Of a stretch of 64,000 nucleotides of DNA, positions 20,514 through 30,960 are shown in pieces. This DNA comes from a virus (taxonomy: Duplodnaviria; Caudoviricetes), in IMG/VR virus record IMGVR_UViG_3300029305_003084; one strand, 5' to 3'. Numbering within the stretch: position 1 is the stretch's first letter; each line of letters starts with the position of its first letter. The notes under the pieces were generated by a model. It worked only from the letters and a program-made list of their open reading frames with translations. It made no database searches and was not told the origin of the DNA. The position numbers and the translations under genes are program-made.

Positions 20514-21230
20514 TTACTTAACGGTAAAACAAGGTAAACTACCCAAAGCTTCAGCCCAAATAGATCTAAGTTGAGGCTTCTGTTCAGGTTCCTTCTTTTC
20601 TTCAACCTTAGGTTCTTTTAATTTATGAGCAATCTCATACTCATAAATTCTCCGAGATACCTCTTTCAAAAATTCATCAGTACCCCAACCAGTTTTGTCA
20701 AATGCTACCTTATTTTCTTTCTTGAAATCGCCAATAGTTAATTCCCGAATAATCTTAGTATATTCGAGTCTATCAGTACCATAATCTGCTTCAGGATTGA
20801 ATTCATTGTTGGAAGATTTATTATTGGTTATATCAGTAACAATAACCCCACTAGCTTCTTCAATTTCCTCATTACCGATAATTATTGTTACAGGCTCCGT
20901 TTCAACAACCTTTTGTTCACTAACCATGAAGATTTCATCGGTTACATTTTCCATTTCGTCAACAGGATCTTTATCCTGTTTAGCATTAGCAATATTGCTA
21001 ATGGTTTTAATCAACAGAATCTCTTTCAAAATATCATCTCTAGATACACCATTAATGATACCATTAATGATATGATTTTCATTCTCGATTTCAAACTTTT
21101 TCATATGTTGCCGATTTTCTGTGTATTCAGCATCATTCAGAACATCATCGACAGTTGTTGCGTCAATTCTTTCAATAATAGATAAAATTTTATCATAGGT
21201 ACTCTTTTTGATAGTTTTATTGCTTGCCAT
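20514..21230 (-). CDS. Hypothetical acidic protein (238 aa)
   Basis: ORF, AAAGGAG RBS. Confidence 0.7.
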   Translation of the reverse strand: MASNKTIKKSTYDKILSIIERIDATTVDDVLNDAEYTENRQHMKKFEIENENHIINGIINGVSRDDILKEILLIKTISNIANAKQDKDPVDEMENVTDEIFMVSEQKVVETEPVTIIIGNEEIEEASGVIVTDITNNKSSNNEFNPEADYGTDRLEYTKIIRELTIGDFKKENKVAFDKTGWGTDEFLKEVSRRIYEYEIAHKLKEPKVEEKKEPEQKPQLRSIWAEALGSLPCFTVK

Positions 21231-21233
21231 TTT

Positions 21234-21725
21234 TTATTTCTCCTTTCGTTCTCCCTTATTATAGATTAAAGTTCCATCTTCATTATAAAATCGACTATAT
21301 ACAGTATCCTTAGTAATGATTTTATGGAACATAATCTGACCATTATCATGATATTTAAATTCTTCCCGAATACCACTAGAATGCTCAACAGCACCAGGTC
21401 TACTACCTATGAATCTAGACCAATTACCATTACTGTCAAATCTAACAGCTAAAGTATCAGCAGGTCCATAAATATTGACAAACCATAAAGGATCATCAAT
21501 AATATCAACATCCTTATCAGGGAATCTCATAGATTTAATGATATCTAATTCCCTATTATACTCAGTAAGCCTACCAGTGGTTTTGTCAAACACAGTGACA
21601 TATACGTCATTATAATTCAACTTATAACGACTAATGTCTCTACCAAACTTTCCCATAGATTTATCTGTTTTCATAATTATCCTCCATTTTGATCTACCCA
21701 ACTTCTCGATTAAATATATATCCAC
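21234..21725 (-). CDS. Hypothetical protein (start probably about 21674)
   Basis: ORF; GGAGG RBS before MKTDK. Confidence 0.65.
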   Translation of the reverse strand: MDIYLIEKLGRSKWRIIMKTDKSMGKFGRDISRYKLNYNDVYVTVFDKTTGRLTEYNRELDIIKSMRFPDKDVDIIDDPLWFVNIYGPADTLAVRFDSNGNWSRFIGSRPGAVEHSSGIREEFKYHDNGQIMFHKIITKDTVYSRFYNEDGTLIYNKGERKEK

Positions 21726-22002
21726 ATATTTGTGGATTATTGTCTAAAAACTCTCCAGGATCATCATATTCCTGAAGTTTTGACAGTAGATTAACGATCA
21801 TCTCACGACTTCTATGATTATTATTGTTGAAATAATACAGAATTTCTTCTTTAATATCATTTACCAGATACTCATTGTCAGCAATAACTTCATCATCGGA
21901 ACATACAAAATCATTATTAGGCACAATAATATATGCAGGTTTCTTAGATGAATTCATCATAGATACAATCATAAAAACAACCATTAATACTACTATCAAC
22001 AT
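21694..22002 (-). CDS. Hypothetical membrane-anchored protein
   Basis: N-terminal hydrophobic helix; early promoter at about 22036-22068. Confidence 0.65.
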   Translation of the reverse strand: MLIVVLMVVFMIVSMMNSSKKPAYIIVPNNDFVCSDDEVIADNEYLVNDIKEEILYYFNNNNHRSREMIVNLLSKLQEYDDPGEFLDNNPQICGYIFNREVG

Positions 22003-22124
22003 ATTTTCATCCCCTTTATTTATTCATATTACTATTATAATATATACTTATAATATCTGACTTTACGATATTTATAATAAGAAGGTAATAGAACCCATTT
22101 CTATTACCTTCTTATGTGTATTAA

Positions 22125-23219
22125 TTATTCCTGAATATCAATTACAAGATAATCTTGCTCATCTTTTGCTTTTTCAAATTCTTTTTGAATCATATCATTA
22201 TACTCATCGACTGTAGATATGAAACAAACCTTATCTTCATATTTCTGTTTTACTTTTTCCATGAGTTTATAATCATTATACTCATCATCTGTACAAATCA
22301 TAAGTCCATCTTTAGTATCATAACTATTTAGATATCCTGTTTTGATATCAATATTATAATCATTACCAAAGAATTCAATTCTATAACCCATAGCTTTTAA
22401 ATATGCTTGTAGAATTTCAACATTACGGTTTGTTACTTTATCATCATCAGAGAAAGATTTTAACTTTTTCATATTACTAAGAAGATCTTTACCAAGATTT
22501 CTTCTACCAGCGATACTGGATCTATAGTGCATATGCAGTTGAGCAATCATTTCAGGAGGAACACCAATCGTTGCATTCGTATTTTCCTGATCTCCGATAC
22601 GTATGGGTGTGCTAGAATATAGGTCTTGATGAATCTTATTTCTAATAGACTTTTCAGGAACACCTTTTCTAGAAATAGCACCAGTAGATCTTGCTGAGAA
22701 ACCTTTCTTAGAAGATTGCTTCAGTTTAATCATGTATAAATCACCAATAATAACTGGCTTCATGATTTTAATCTTTCTGCCCCATTTATTAATATATGCA
22801 TCGACTGGTTTAATCCAATCATAGTCTTCATATATCTTACGAATAATATCAAAAATATATTCACCTTCCCAAAATACATGCTGATGAATATAAATACCAT
22901 CATCAATAACGCTTTGGAAGAATTCTCTCTTATCTTTTAATTTTAAATCACTATAATACTCTTTTAGTTTTTTACATTGATCTGGATTAAATCTCTTAAT
23001 AATATCAAATAGTAACTTCTCTTTTTCTTTAAGAGTAGTCATTGTTTTAATTTTTTCAACCACTCTAGAACAAATGAAATTGATTGATATTTCGAATATC
23101 TGTGCACTATTTAATCTGTTGACAACACCTAGGGCATTGAGGATACATTCTACTCGTTCACCTGAATCTGTATATGGCATTTCTTCATCAGGAATAATCT
23201 TACTGACAACACCTTTATT
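22125..23219 (-). CDS. rpoB: RNA polymerase beta-like subunit (C-terminal half), exon 2
   Basis: NKGVVSKIIPDEEMPYTDSGERVECILNALGVVNRLNSAQIFE; GDLYMIKLKQ...SARS; IRIGDQE. Confidence 0.92.
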   Translation of the reverse strand, partial: NKGVVSKIIPDEEMPYTDSGERVECILNALGVVNRLNSAQIFEISINFICSRVVEKIKTMTTLKEKEKLLFDIIKRFNPDQCKKLKEYYSDLKLKDKREFFQSVIDDGIYIHQHVFWEGEYIFDIIRKIYEDYDWIKPVDAYINKWGRKIKIMKPVIIGDLYMIKLKQSSKKGFSARSTGAISRKGVPEKSIRNKIHQDLYSSTPIRIGDQENTNATIGVPPEMIAQLHMHYRSSIAGRRNLGKDLLSNMKKLKSFSDDDKVTNRNVEILQAYLKAMGYRIEFFGNDYNIDIKTGYLNSYDTKDGLMICTDDEYNDYKLMEKVKQKYEDKVCFISTVDEYNDMIQKEFEKAKDEQDYLVIDIQE

Positions 23220-24124
23220 CGTTTATGTTCACATAAGATCGTTACTCTTATGCCGTTCTCTTATGAACTGCTTTATGTTTCCATAAAGACCAGACTATAT
23301 CTTCATCTCCCTATATTGATATAGGGAGATGCTCCCCGTTTCCACTCACTTGAGTGTACTCTACTCATAATGATATATCTATTACATACATATCATCATT
23401 ATTTTCGATAGTCGTTGAACCTTCCTCATCTTTCCAAGTTTTACCTCGTTTAATATCATGAATTAAATTTGCTAATCTTATGTTATCTTTACATTGATTA
23501 TAACCCAATTCATTCATAATTTCTAATCTACTATATCCTTTAGTTAATAGATTTTTAATTAGTGAAACTAACTCTGGAGAATATTTATTAGCATAGTGAT
23601 TTGTGCCTTTTTTAGCACTACGCATACCATCTTTAAAAGCATGACGTGAATTTTCACTAGAAGTTACCCATTCTAAATTTTCATAATAGTTATATTGTCT
23701 ATTAGAATCTTTATGATTTGGATAAACCCTTTCAGTTAATTCATCGTATCCTGGACAAAATTCCCAAGCAACTAATCTATGTACTTTAAAATTAGTCGGC
23801 CTTTTATTATTGCGAGATAATACTACACGTTGATATCCTTTAGTATCTGTATATGCAGTTAAATATCTATTACTGATTTTACTAAATACCTTACCATAAT
23901 TACTAATCATATATGAATCTTCTTTAACTCCAGAATATGTTATTGCTCTAAATTCTTCTTCATCTTTTGGAATTATTATATAAATAATTATCATCCTTTC
24001 ATTATAAATAATTATTAATATAAATGAGGCTTGGCTGCTGATTGTCTTCGGCATTACCCGGTCAAAGTTCCCAGCAATTAAAGGAGTTTTCTATATACAT
24101 CACTGTATATAGGAGCTATTATTA
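23220..24124 (-). mobile_element. Group I intron with HNH homing endonuclease, inserted in the GRxG|NKG motif
   Basis: ATGGGT|taataatagctc...; P/Q/R/S elements; ends TGAACATAAACG|AATAAAGGT; splicing gives GQKISGRMG-NKGVVS. Confidence 0.93.
23365..24054 (-). CDS. Intron-encoded HNH homing endonuclease (true start probably about 23994)
   Basis: YMISNYGKVFS, KVHRLVAWEF, PNHKDSNRQYNYYENLEW; RBS GAAAGG before MIIIY. Confidence 0.88.
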   Translation of the reverse strand: MPKTISSQASFILIIIYNERMIIIYIIIPKDEEEFRAITYSGVKEDSYMISNYGKVFSKISNRYLTAYTDTKGYQRVVLSRNNKRPTNFKVHRLVAWEFCPGYDELTERVYPNHKDSNRQYNYYENLEWVTSSENSRHAFKDGMRSAKKGTNHYANKYSPELVSLIKNLLTKGYSRLEIMNELGYNQCKDNIRLANLIHDIKRGKTWKDEEGSTTIENNDDMYVIDISL

Positions 24125-25279
24125 ACCCATACGCCCTGAAATCTTCTGGCCTATTGTTAGAGGTGAGTCTCTTTCCACAAGAAATTCAATGACGATATGA
24201 CTAAACATAGATGTTTCTTCTCTCCATTTAACATCATCATCAAGAATTTCTCTACTTCTTTTAAAATAATACGAAATATCATTAGAATAAGAAGATCCAG
24301 AATCTAAAATCTTTTTACATCTATCATAAACTTTTTTATGATATTTCTTTTGTAAAATTAAATATTTTCTTAACTGTTGATTAAAAATATTGTCTTCAAT
24401 TTCTTCTAAAGGTTTATTGCAATAAATATTAATATCTACAACTTTACCACTATTATAGAATAATACGTCGTTACTAAAATTAATTTTTCTAAGATTAGAT
24501 TTTTTTAAGTCATATAATATTTGGTTATTATGGATTCGTCTTTTTGCACAAATAATTTTATTTACAATATCTTCACCAATATCGGGAAATGATTTATAGT
24601 TATCGTTATCACCATAAATATTTGCAAGTATATCGTTGTCGTTAAGACTAATCTTAATAGTCTCAACTTCCTTCGACACCATACGTTTAGCAAATGATTC
24701 AGATACTTTAATTGCATCTTCAATAGTATCATTATCAATAGCATACATGACTTTGACATTGGTACCATACATATAGTTTAAATCATCGTCATATGATGTT
24801 GTCGAGTATAGTAATTCACCTTTTTCAATAGTATCTCCGATCTCTTTTTCATCAATACCAGTAGTTTTATAAGCAAAACCATACTTTTCTGTGAGATCTT
24901 CAACACATCGTTTTTCAATAATACTATAGTGATCATTTTTCTTATCATACATAAATAATAAATATAAATGATCATCATTAATTCCATCTTCAAATTTAGG
25001 AATTTTATCAATAACTTCTAATTCTCTCTCTGCTTTATAATATCCTGTAGAATATTTACCTACAAGATTTTCATAATTTGTAAATACTTTAGGTGGATCT
25101 GGATTAACAAGGTTAACGAACTGCCTGAGGTGTGATGTAAACATAATGCTTCTGGACGAAGAAATATATCCAGCATTCGTCAATAATGTCATACCGAATA
25201 AATCATCTTTTCCATGAAATTCTTTTTCTTTTTCTTCTAATGCTTCTTTCAAATTAAGTGTTGACACGATATTACCCAC
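24125..25279 (-). CDS. rpoB: RNA polymerase beta-like subunit (C-terminal half), exon 1
   Basis: SSRSIMFTSHLRQ (RALMGANMQRQ), GTNVKVMY...TIEDAIKVSE (GYNFEDAI), GQKISGRMG. Confidence 0.92.
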
Positions 25280-25295
25280 CTTTCAAAATATAATA

Positions 25296-25622
25296 TTAGT
25301 CATTATGATTAAACATGTATACTACACTCTTTCCTTTTGATTTAGCATAATTTATTTCTGACTGAGTACTATGACCAATATAATCATTTTTATTAATTAC
25401 ATAAATCATGTCAGACATATCTATTTTACACATATGCATATCATCTAACATATTTTTCACGTCTTTAGTTATTATAGTATTATAATAACCTTCAGCATGA
25501 CCAAATAATCCCAAACTTATAACAATATAGCCGTTTAATGTTAACTCTCTTTGTGCTTGTATAAATTCTTCTTTGAATTTTGAACTTCCACACAATGTCA
25601 CTACTTTATATTTACTATTCAT
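25296..25622 (-). CDS. Small Rossmann-like protein (DUF4406/nucleoside deoxyribosyltransferase-like)
   Basis: VVTLCGSSKFKEEF...KIDMSDMIYVIN...YIGHSTQSEINYA. Confidence 0.7.
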   Translation of the reverse strand: MNSKYKVVTLCGSSKFKEEFIQAQRELTLNGYIVISLGLFGHAEGYYNTIITKDVKNMLDDMHMCKIDMSDMIYVINKNDYIGHSTQSEINYAKSKGKSVVYMFNHND

Positions 25623-25724
25623 ATATACATTTTCACCTTTCTTTAATATAAAGATTTAATTAATATCTATATAGAAGATAATTATTATCTTCTATATAGA
25701 TATAATATATACTTTAAAATCTTT

Positions 25725-25976
25725 TTATTTTAATGACATCAACATTAACTCTCTAATATCTTCTAAAGATCGTTTGATCTTTAATTTTGTAGAAGGTAGC
25801 CAAATGTGTATCATAATTTGAGGATCATCAGAAACTTCATCCATAAGTTCAAATTTAAATTTAATATTTAACATATTAAAGATAATATCTTCATATATCT
25901 CTAATCTGCTATTTTGTTTCTCTATTTCTCGTCGTAACATATAATTTTCTTGAGTTAAAAATTCTTGTGTTTCCAA
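25725..25976 (-). CDS. Hypothetical protein
   Basis: ORF with RBS. Confidence 0.6.
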   Translation of the reverse strand: METQEFLTQENYMLRREIEKQNSRLEIYEDIIFNMLNIKFKFELMDEVSDDPQIMIHIWLPSTKLKIKRSLEDIRELMLMSLK

Positions 25977-25999
25977 TTAATCCTCTTCTCCTTTAATAA

Positions 26000-26266
26000 T
26001 TACTCTGATTCATCTAGAGTAATAAAATCTATTTCAATATTAGCACTCTTATAACTATCAACAAACTCATTATACTGGTTTTCAGTTATTTCGACTGCTA
26101 CTATACTGTTAATGTCTTTATAACTTTTTAATGTATTACAATTCTTTTTAATATATACCTCTAATTCAATCTTATTTTTATATTCAATTTTATTGGGAAG
26201 AATCCAGAATAATAGATCAGTTTTATTCTTTTTTCTCTTTAATAAAATCTGATAATAAGATTTCAT
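26000..26266 (-). CDS. Hypothetical protein
   Basis: ORF with RBS. Confidence 0.6.
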   Translation of the reverse strand: MKSYYQILLKRKKNKTDLLFWILPNKIEYKNKIELEVYIKKNCNTLKSYKDINSIVAVEITENQYNEFVDSYKSANIEIDFITLDESE

Positions 26267-26287
26267 ACCACTCTCTCCCTATATATT

Positions 26288-27448
26288 TTATTCGAATTGT
26301 GCGTTTGTTAACATATCTTCTAAATATGATTGAGTTGCTTCTTTTAATACATCTCTAATTGCTTCATCATTATTAAAAGCATCTCTAAATTTACGACTAT
26401 CAAATTTCACATCTTTATTATTCTTAAAATATTTATATGGATTGCGTCCATCAAGTAAACCATTATCATCAGCAAATTGATATAATGTGAGAATAGGATC
26501 AAAACCATACACTTGATTATAAATTAAATTAACACTTTGACCTGCTTTATTGGATCTAGATTTTAACATATTTACTTTAACCATAAATCCGTCAAATCCA
26601 TCATCATCCATTTTAAACTTTGTACTAGAAATAAATTCAAATACATTATGTGCTAAATACAAGGGTGCATTACCACCAGGCATAGATTTATCTCCACCCA
26701 AATACATAATCTGAGATTGTGTTTTAGAGAATGGATTAATTTCAATCTTGGCGTTAACATGATTAATTACAAATACTGTAATATTATACGTCTTAATTAC
26801 AGGCATAAGTTTTGTATAAAATTGCTTAATTACCTGAGCCATACGTGCTTGAGATGTTTGACCTTTCATTTCAAGGTCATCATTCTTACTAGCTAACATA
26901 GGTAATGAGTCAATTACAATAACTGTGGGTAAATATGTTTTAATCGGACGATTAAATTCATCATAAATACCGGTTTCATACATCATGGAAGCTTTATTTG
27001 CTTCTTTATCATTTGCAATAGCAATAATCGTATCAAAGATATCTTCAATATAATTCTTTTCTTGTTTTAGAATAATTTTAGATTGAAGTTGTTCTTGACT
27101 TGCTTTTGTAATTGATTTAATACGTGTATAATTTAAACTTTGTTCAATATCGAAGATCATAACAAATGCATCTTCATTAAAATTCTTCACAATATTATAT
27201 GCACTCTGAATAACAAATGTTGTTTTTGCTACACCAGATTTACCAATCACGGTATTGAATGTACCACCACCAATACCGACAGAACTATAATTATCTACAA
27301 TATTTTCTTTGTCATCCATGACCTTGACTACATATCCATTTCTATAGTCAAGAGGAAGAAATCCCGTAGGATACATAACGGAAACTTGTGCGGGTTTAAA
27401 TAAACCTTTCTTATCTTTTTCTCTTAATCGTTCTAGCAAAGATGCCAT
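26288..27448 (-). CDS. recA: RecA/UvsX-like recombinase
   Basis: PTGFLPLD, Walker A GKSGVAKTT, FDIEQSL, VIVIDSL, FVINHV, PGGNA. Confidence 0.88.
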   Translation of the reverse strand: MASLLERLREKDKKGLFKPAQVSVMYPTGFLPLDYRNGYVVKVMDDKENIVDNYSSVGIGGGTFNTVIGKSGVAKTTFVIQSAYNIVKNFNEDAFVMIFDIEQSLNYTRIKSITKASQEQLQSKIILKQEKNYIEDIFDTIIAIANDKEANKASMMYETGIYDEFNRPIKTYLPTVIVIDSLPMLASKNDDLEMKGQTSQARMAQVIKQFYTKLMPVIKTYNITVFVINHVNAKIEINPFSKTQSQIMYLGGDKSMPGGNAPLYLAHNVFEFISSTKFKMDDDGFDGFMVKVNMLKSRSNKAGQSVNLIYNQVYGFDPILTLYQFADDNGLLDGRNPYKYFKNNKDVKFDSRKFRDAFNNDEAIRDVLKEATQSYLEDMLTNAQFE

Positions 27449-27618
27449 ATTAAATTCCTCCGTTATTAGTTTATTATAACATTGTATTTCAATATATAAT
27501 ATTTTACAAAATAAAAATTAGCTAGAAAGCTGGGTCAAGGACCAACTTTCTAGCTATATCATGAATATATATGTTAAACAGCAACTATATGGCTGCTGTG
27601 GACCAACACATACATTAG

Positions 27619-28458
27619 TTATCGAATAAAGACTAACTTACCGTTATTTAATAATACGTTCATAGTTTTGAACTTGTTATTGATAATAGTGAAGCTAGAT
27701 TCTTCCTTATCAACATTATCGTCATTATTGAATAGAGTTGCTGCTCTATAACCATTCTTAAAGTACTCAGCAACCTTATCTTCAAGGTCACTCATAGACT
27801 CAAAAATACATACCTCATGCTTATCTGCATACTGATAAGTATCATAGAATGCGTTTTGATCCATACCCATAACAAATACTAAATGAGTTACACGGTTAGG
27901 ACGGAAACGCTTAATAGAATATGTAGGCTTCATAATAACATCTTCTACAATTTCAGTAGAAGTAGTTAGAGTATAACCATTTTCACTCTTAGTGAAAGTA
28001 TATGTAGTATCATTAACTAGAGTATAATCATGTAGAGTAAATTCAAAAGAACAACCATCACCAAAATCTCGTAAAGAAACAGCAAAGGTCAGTTCACCCT
28101 TAGCAATTAGATAGCTTAGAACTGCTGCCTTAGTATTAGTGATATTCTTTAAAATCTTACCTCTTAGATTTACAGTAACTAATAGAACGTCAGTATTGTT
28201 TCGATCAGTCTTAGAAATAAAGGGCTTTAGATCTTTTCTCTGGAAATTTACATTAGTGTCACCAGTATACAGAACCTTAGGTTCAGTCATCTGGGTAAAT
28301 TCTTTCAATTCAGGCATAGATAATTCATTAGAATATAGAATGTCTAGGAACTTTACGCTAGTGTCCTTTAGTACTCTGGAACATACTAGCTTAGACATTC
28401 TGTCAGTAATCTTGGCGTGACGCCATTCAGTCTTGCTTTCGTTGTAAATTACTAGCAT
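27619..28458 (-). CDS. Hypothetical protein (279 aa)
   Basis: ORF with GAGG RBS. Confidence 0.75.
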   Translation of the reverse strand: MLVIYNESKTEWRHAKITDRMSKLVCSRVLKDTSVKFLDILYSNELSMPELKEFTQMTEPKVLYTGDTNVNFQRKDLKPFISKTDRNNTDVLLVTVNLRGKILKNITNTKAAVLSYLIAKGELTFAVSLRDFGDGCSFEFTLHDYTLVNDTTYTFTKSENGYTLTTSTEIVEDVIMKPTYSIKRFRPNRVTHLVFVMGMDQNAFYDTYQYADKHEVCIFESMSDLEDKVAEYFKNGYRAATLFNNDDNVDKEESSFTIINNKFKTMNVLLNNGKLVFIR

Positions 28459-28618
28459 ATTAACACCTCATACAATTATTAATTTATCGTATTATACATT
28501 TATATTACGAATTATATATTTGTATATGAATTAATAAAATATTATTTATAAAAAAATAATAATACGGGTATAGAAAAATCTATACCCGTATTATAAATGT
28601 AAATACTTTTAAAAATGT

Positions 28619-29509
28619 TTACAGGAACTTAACTAAAGATTCCTTACCCTTCTTTTCAAACTTATTAATTGCCTTAGCTAGGCGAGGATACTGTTCTTCA
28701 GTAATCATAGTCTTATTGATTCTACGAGCAGCATCACGATTCTTACTTGCATCACCACGACGACGCACACAATAATACTCTAGAAGTTCAATAATATGAT
28801 CTTTATCTTCATTATTGATATATTCAAGAGCAAATGCAGACATTAAATTCCAGACCTTAATCTGATCTTCATTGAAATTCTTCATATATTCTTTCTTTTC
28901 AAGAAGAATATTAATTGCGATAAGATCAAGTAGCTTCTTACCAAACAGAGCTTTGAACAGCTTAGTCACCTGTTCGGTATTTTCTAGCCCAATATTTCTA
29001 TTCTGAGCCATAATGTACAGTTTTCTCAGCATCTTCTGAGAATAGATACCAACAAACTTTTCACTACTGATATATTCAACATCGGGAGTGATTAGAAGCA
29101 GTTCCTTGATAATATTCTCATCGACATCAACCTTCTTCTTAATCTTCTTAACACGAGACTTCAGAAGTTCATTAATAATATCAGAATAATTACTCATCAT
29201 ATCTTCATTGAAATCTTCAGATGCATGGTTCTTCTCAATAAACCCTGCAATGATTACAACAAAACCGATGTTAAGACCATTATGGTCATCATTCTTTTTA
29301 CCTGCCTTAATAATCTTATTAAGAGCTTTAGGGAACTTTTCACTAAACATACGATTGTGCAGTTCCTTCATAATATTCTGATTCTTTACCTTAAATCCTT
29401 CATTGACACAGAAGTTAATCATTTCTTCCTGATGATCATCGATAATTGCTGCAAGCTCAGAAGTCTTCATCTTCTTCATCTTAGATGTTTCTTTAATAAA
29501 ATTCTTCAT
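28619..29509 (-). CDS. Hypothetical alpha-helical protein (296 aa) downstream of tubulin
   Basis: ORF, GGAGG RBS, biased codon usage. Confidence 0.78.
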   Translation of the reverse strand: MKNFIKETSKMKKMKTSELAAIIDDHQEEMINFCVNEGFKVKNQNIMKELHNRMFSEKFPKALNKIIKAGKKNDDHNGLNIGFVVIIAGFIEKNHASEDFNEDMMSNYSDIINELLKSRVKKIKKKVDVDENIIKELLLITPDVEYISSEKFVGIYSQKMLRKLYIMAQNRNIGLENTEQVTKLFKALFGKKLLDLIAINILLEKKEYMKNFNEDQIKVWNLMSAFALEYINNEDKDHIIELLEYYCVRRRGDASKNRDAARRINKTMITEEQYPRLAKAINKFEKKGKESLVKFL

Positions 29510-29564
29510 TATAATTTTCCTCCAAAATAAATTATTAATTTATATATAATGACTTCTCCTGTGT

Positions 29565-30686
29565 TTAGTCATCATATCTACTAAATAAATCATCTAGATC
29601 TAAATCAGATGTACTATTTTCTGACATTCTTAGATCTTTAATTTTATCTGTTGTAATATTCCCTAAGATAGAACTTTCTTTTACTTTTGAAAGTTCACTT
29701 ACAGATTCTTCAATTCTTTGAACAATCTTCTTTAATCTATCATCAGGTACAGATAGACCTGATACAATTAACATGATACGTTGAGCCTCATCGTTTCCAG
29801 CAATATAGGTATGCTGATAACCCTCAACAGGTTCTCCAATAAATTCTTTAATTTTTAGCATGTTATCATTAAACATACCATTCATTTTTTCATTGAGATT
29901 AGTAATAACACCCATTCGTTTTACAATCTTGTCTCTATCGAGTTCAACATTTGTAGATACATTCTTAATCACGTTTAGAAGTGTATCTTCGATTGTACTA
30001 TCATCAAAATCCTTTTCTTTAATATCAGATAGAATATATAATGCTAATCTACCAGGTGTTTCAAAGAATCTTAACATATCTTTTTCATCGATAGAATTAT
30101 ATGGGGTGGGATATAGATAATCTCCTCGTAGTACACTAATAGCATCAACAATTTCTTCATTAATAGATTTCATCATTTCTGGTGAAGATAAACTAGCTCT
30201 TTTATTATTGTCATATGCCATATATACTACATTAGGCAAGAACTTATTTACTTCATTTAAATAATCTAAAGAATTTTGTTGTGCTGCTACAGATTCAGCA
30301 ATGGGAGGATAAACTTCAATCAAAATAAATTTTTTACTCTGAAATTTTCTACTCAGAATATCTACCATAACAGGAGCCATACCAGAACCAGTACCGCCAC
30401 CTGTACTTGAGATGACAAATACTACATCATTTGATTCAATATGATCAATAAATTTTTCCTGTTCTAATAATCTCTTGATATGAAGTTTAATAAAATTGCG
30501 TGCTTCTTCTCTGTTCTTACCGGCACCAGTTTGGTCACCAACCACTATCTTAGTTACATTTTTAATATTAACTAGATCATTCGCTGAAGAATTAATAGCT
30601 ACACCTTTGATATTATATTTTTGCATAGCTAAATCCGCAATTTGTCCACCACAGTTACCAATTCCGATTGTGCAAACATTAATCAT
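29565..30686 (-). CDS. Tubulin/FtsZ-family GTPase (PhuZ/TubZ-like)
   Basis: IGIGNCGGQ, GAGKNREEA, GGGTGSG signature, SIDEKDM T7-like loop, acidic C-tail. Confidence 0.92.
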   Translation of the reverse strand: MINVCTIGIGNCGGQIADLAMQKYNIKGVAINSSANDLVNIKNVTKIVVGDQTGAGKNREEARNFIKLHIKRLLEQEKFIDHIESNDVVFVISSTGGGTGSGMAPVMVDILSRKFQSKKFILIEVYPPIAESVAAQQNSLDYLNEVNKFLPNVVYMAYDNNKRASLSSPEMMKSINEEIVDAISVLRGDYLYPTPYNSIDEKDMLRFFETPGRLALYILSDIKEKDFDDSTIEDTLLNVIKNVSTNVELDRDKIVKRMGVITNLNEKMNGMFNDNMLKIKEFIGEPVEGYQHTYIAGNDEAQRIMLIVSGLSVPDDRLKKIVQRIEESVSELSKVKESSILGNITTDKIKDLRMSENSTSDLDLDDLFSRYDD

Positions 30687-30821
30687 GATATCATTTTCCT
30701 TTCATAATATTTAAGAACATTTATTCTTTTCGTTCTTACGTATATAATATATAATTAAAAACTCTTTTGAATTTTTATATAGTTGTTAGATGTATAATAA
30801 TTTTCTATGTTCCCCGTTAAA

Positions 30822-30955
30822 ATCGTAAAGTCAACACTTTCAAATATATATTATAATCATAATAAAGAAGGAATATTAGAATATTTTCTATGTTCCTTCT
30901 CAATCATTATTAACATTTAATAAGAAGAAGGAAAACTTCACAAACCAGAAAGGAA
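30822..30955 (+). promoter_or_regulatory. Early promoter plus leader, copy of 6585-6717
   Basis: Near-identical to the reverse complement of 6585-6717. Confidence 0.75.
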
Positions 30956-30960
30956 AAAGT

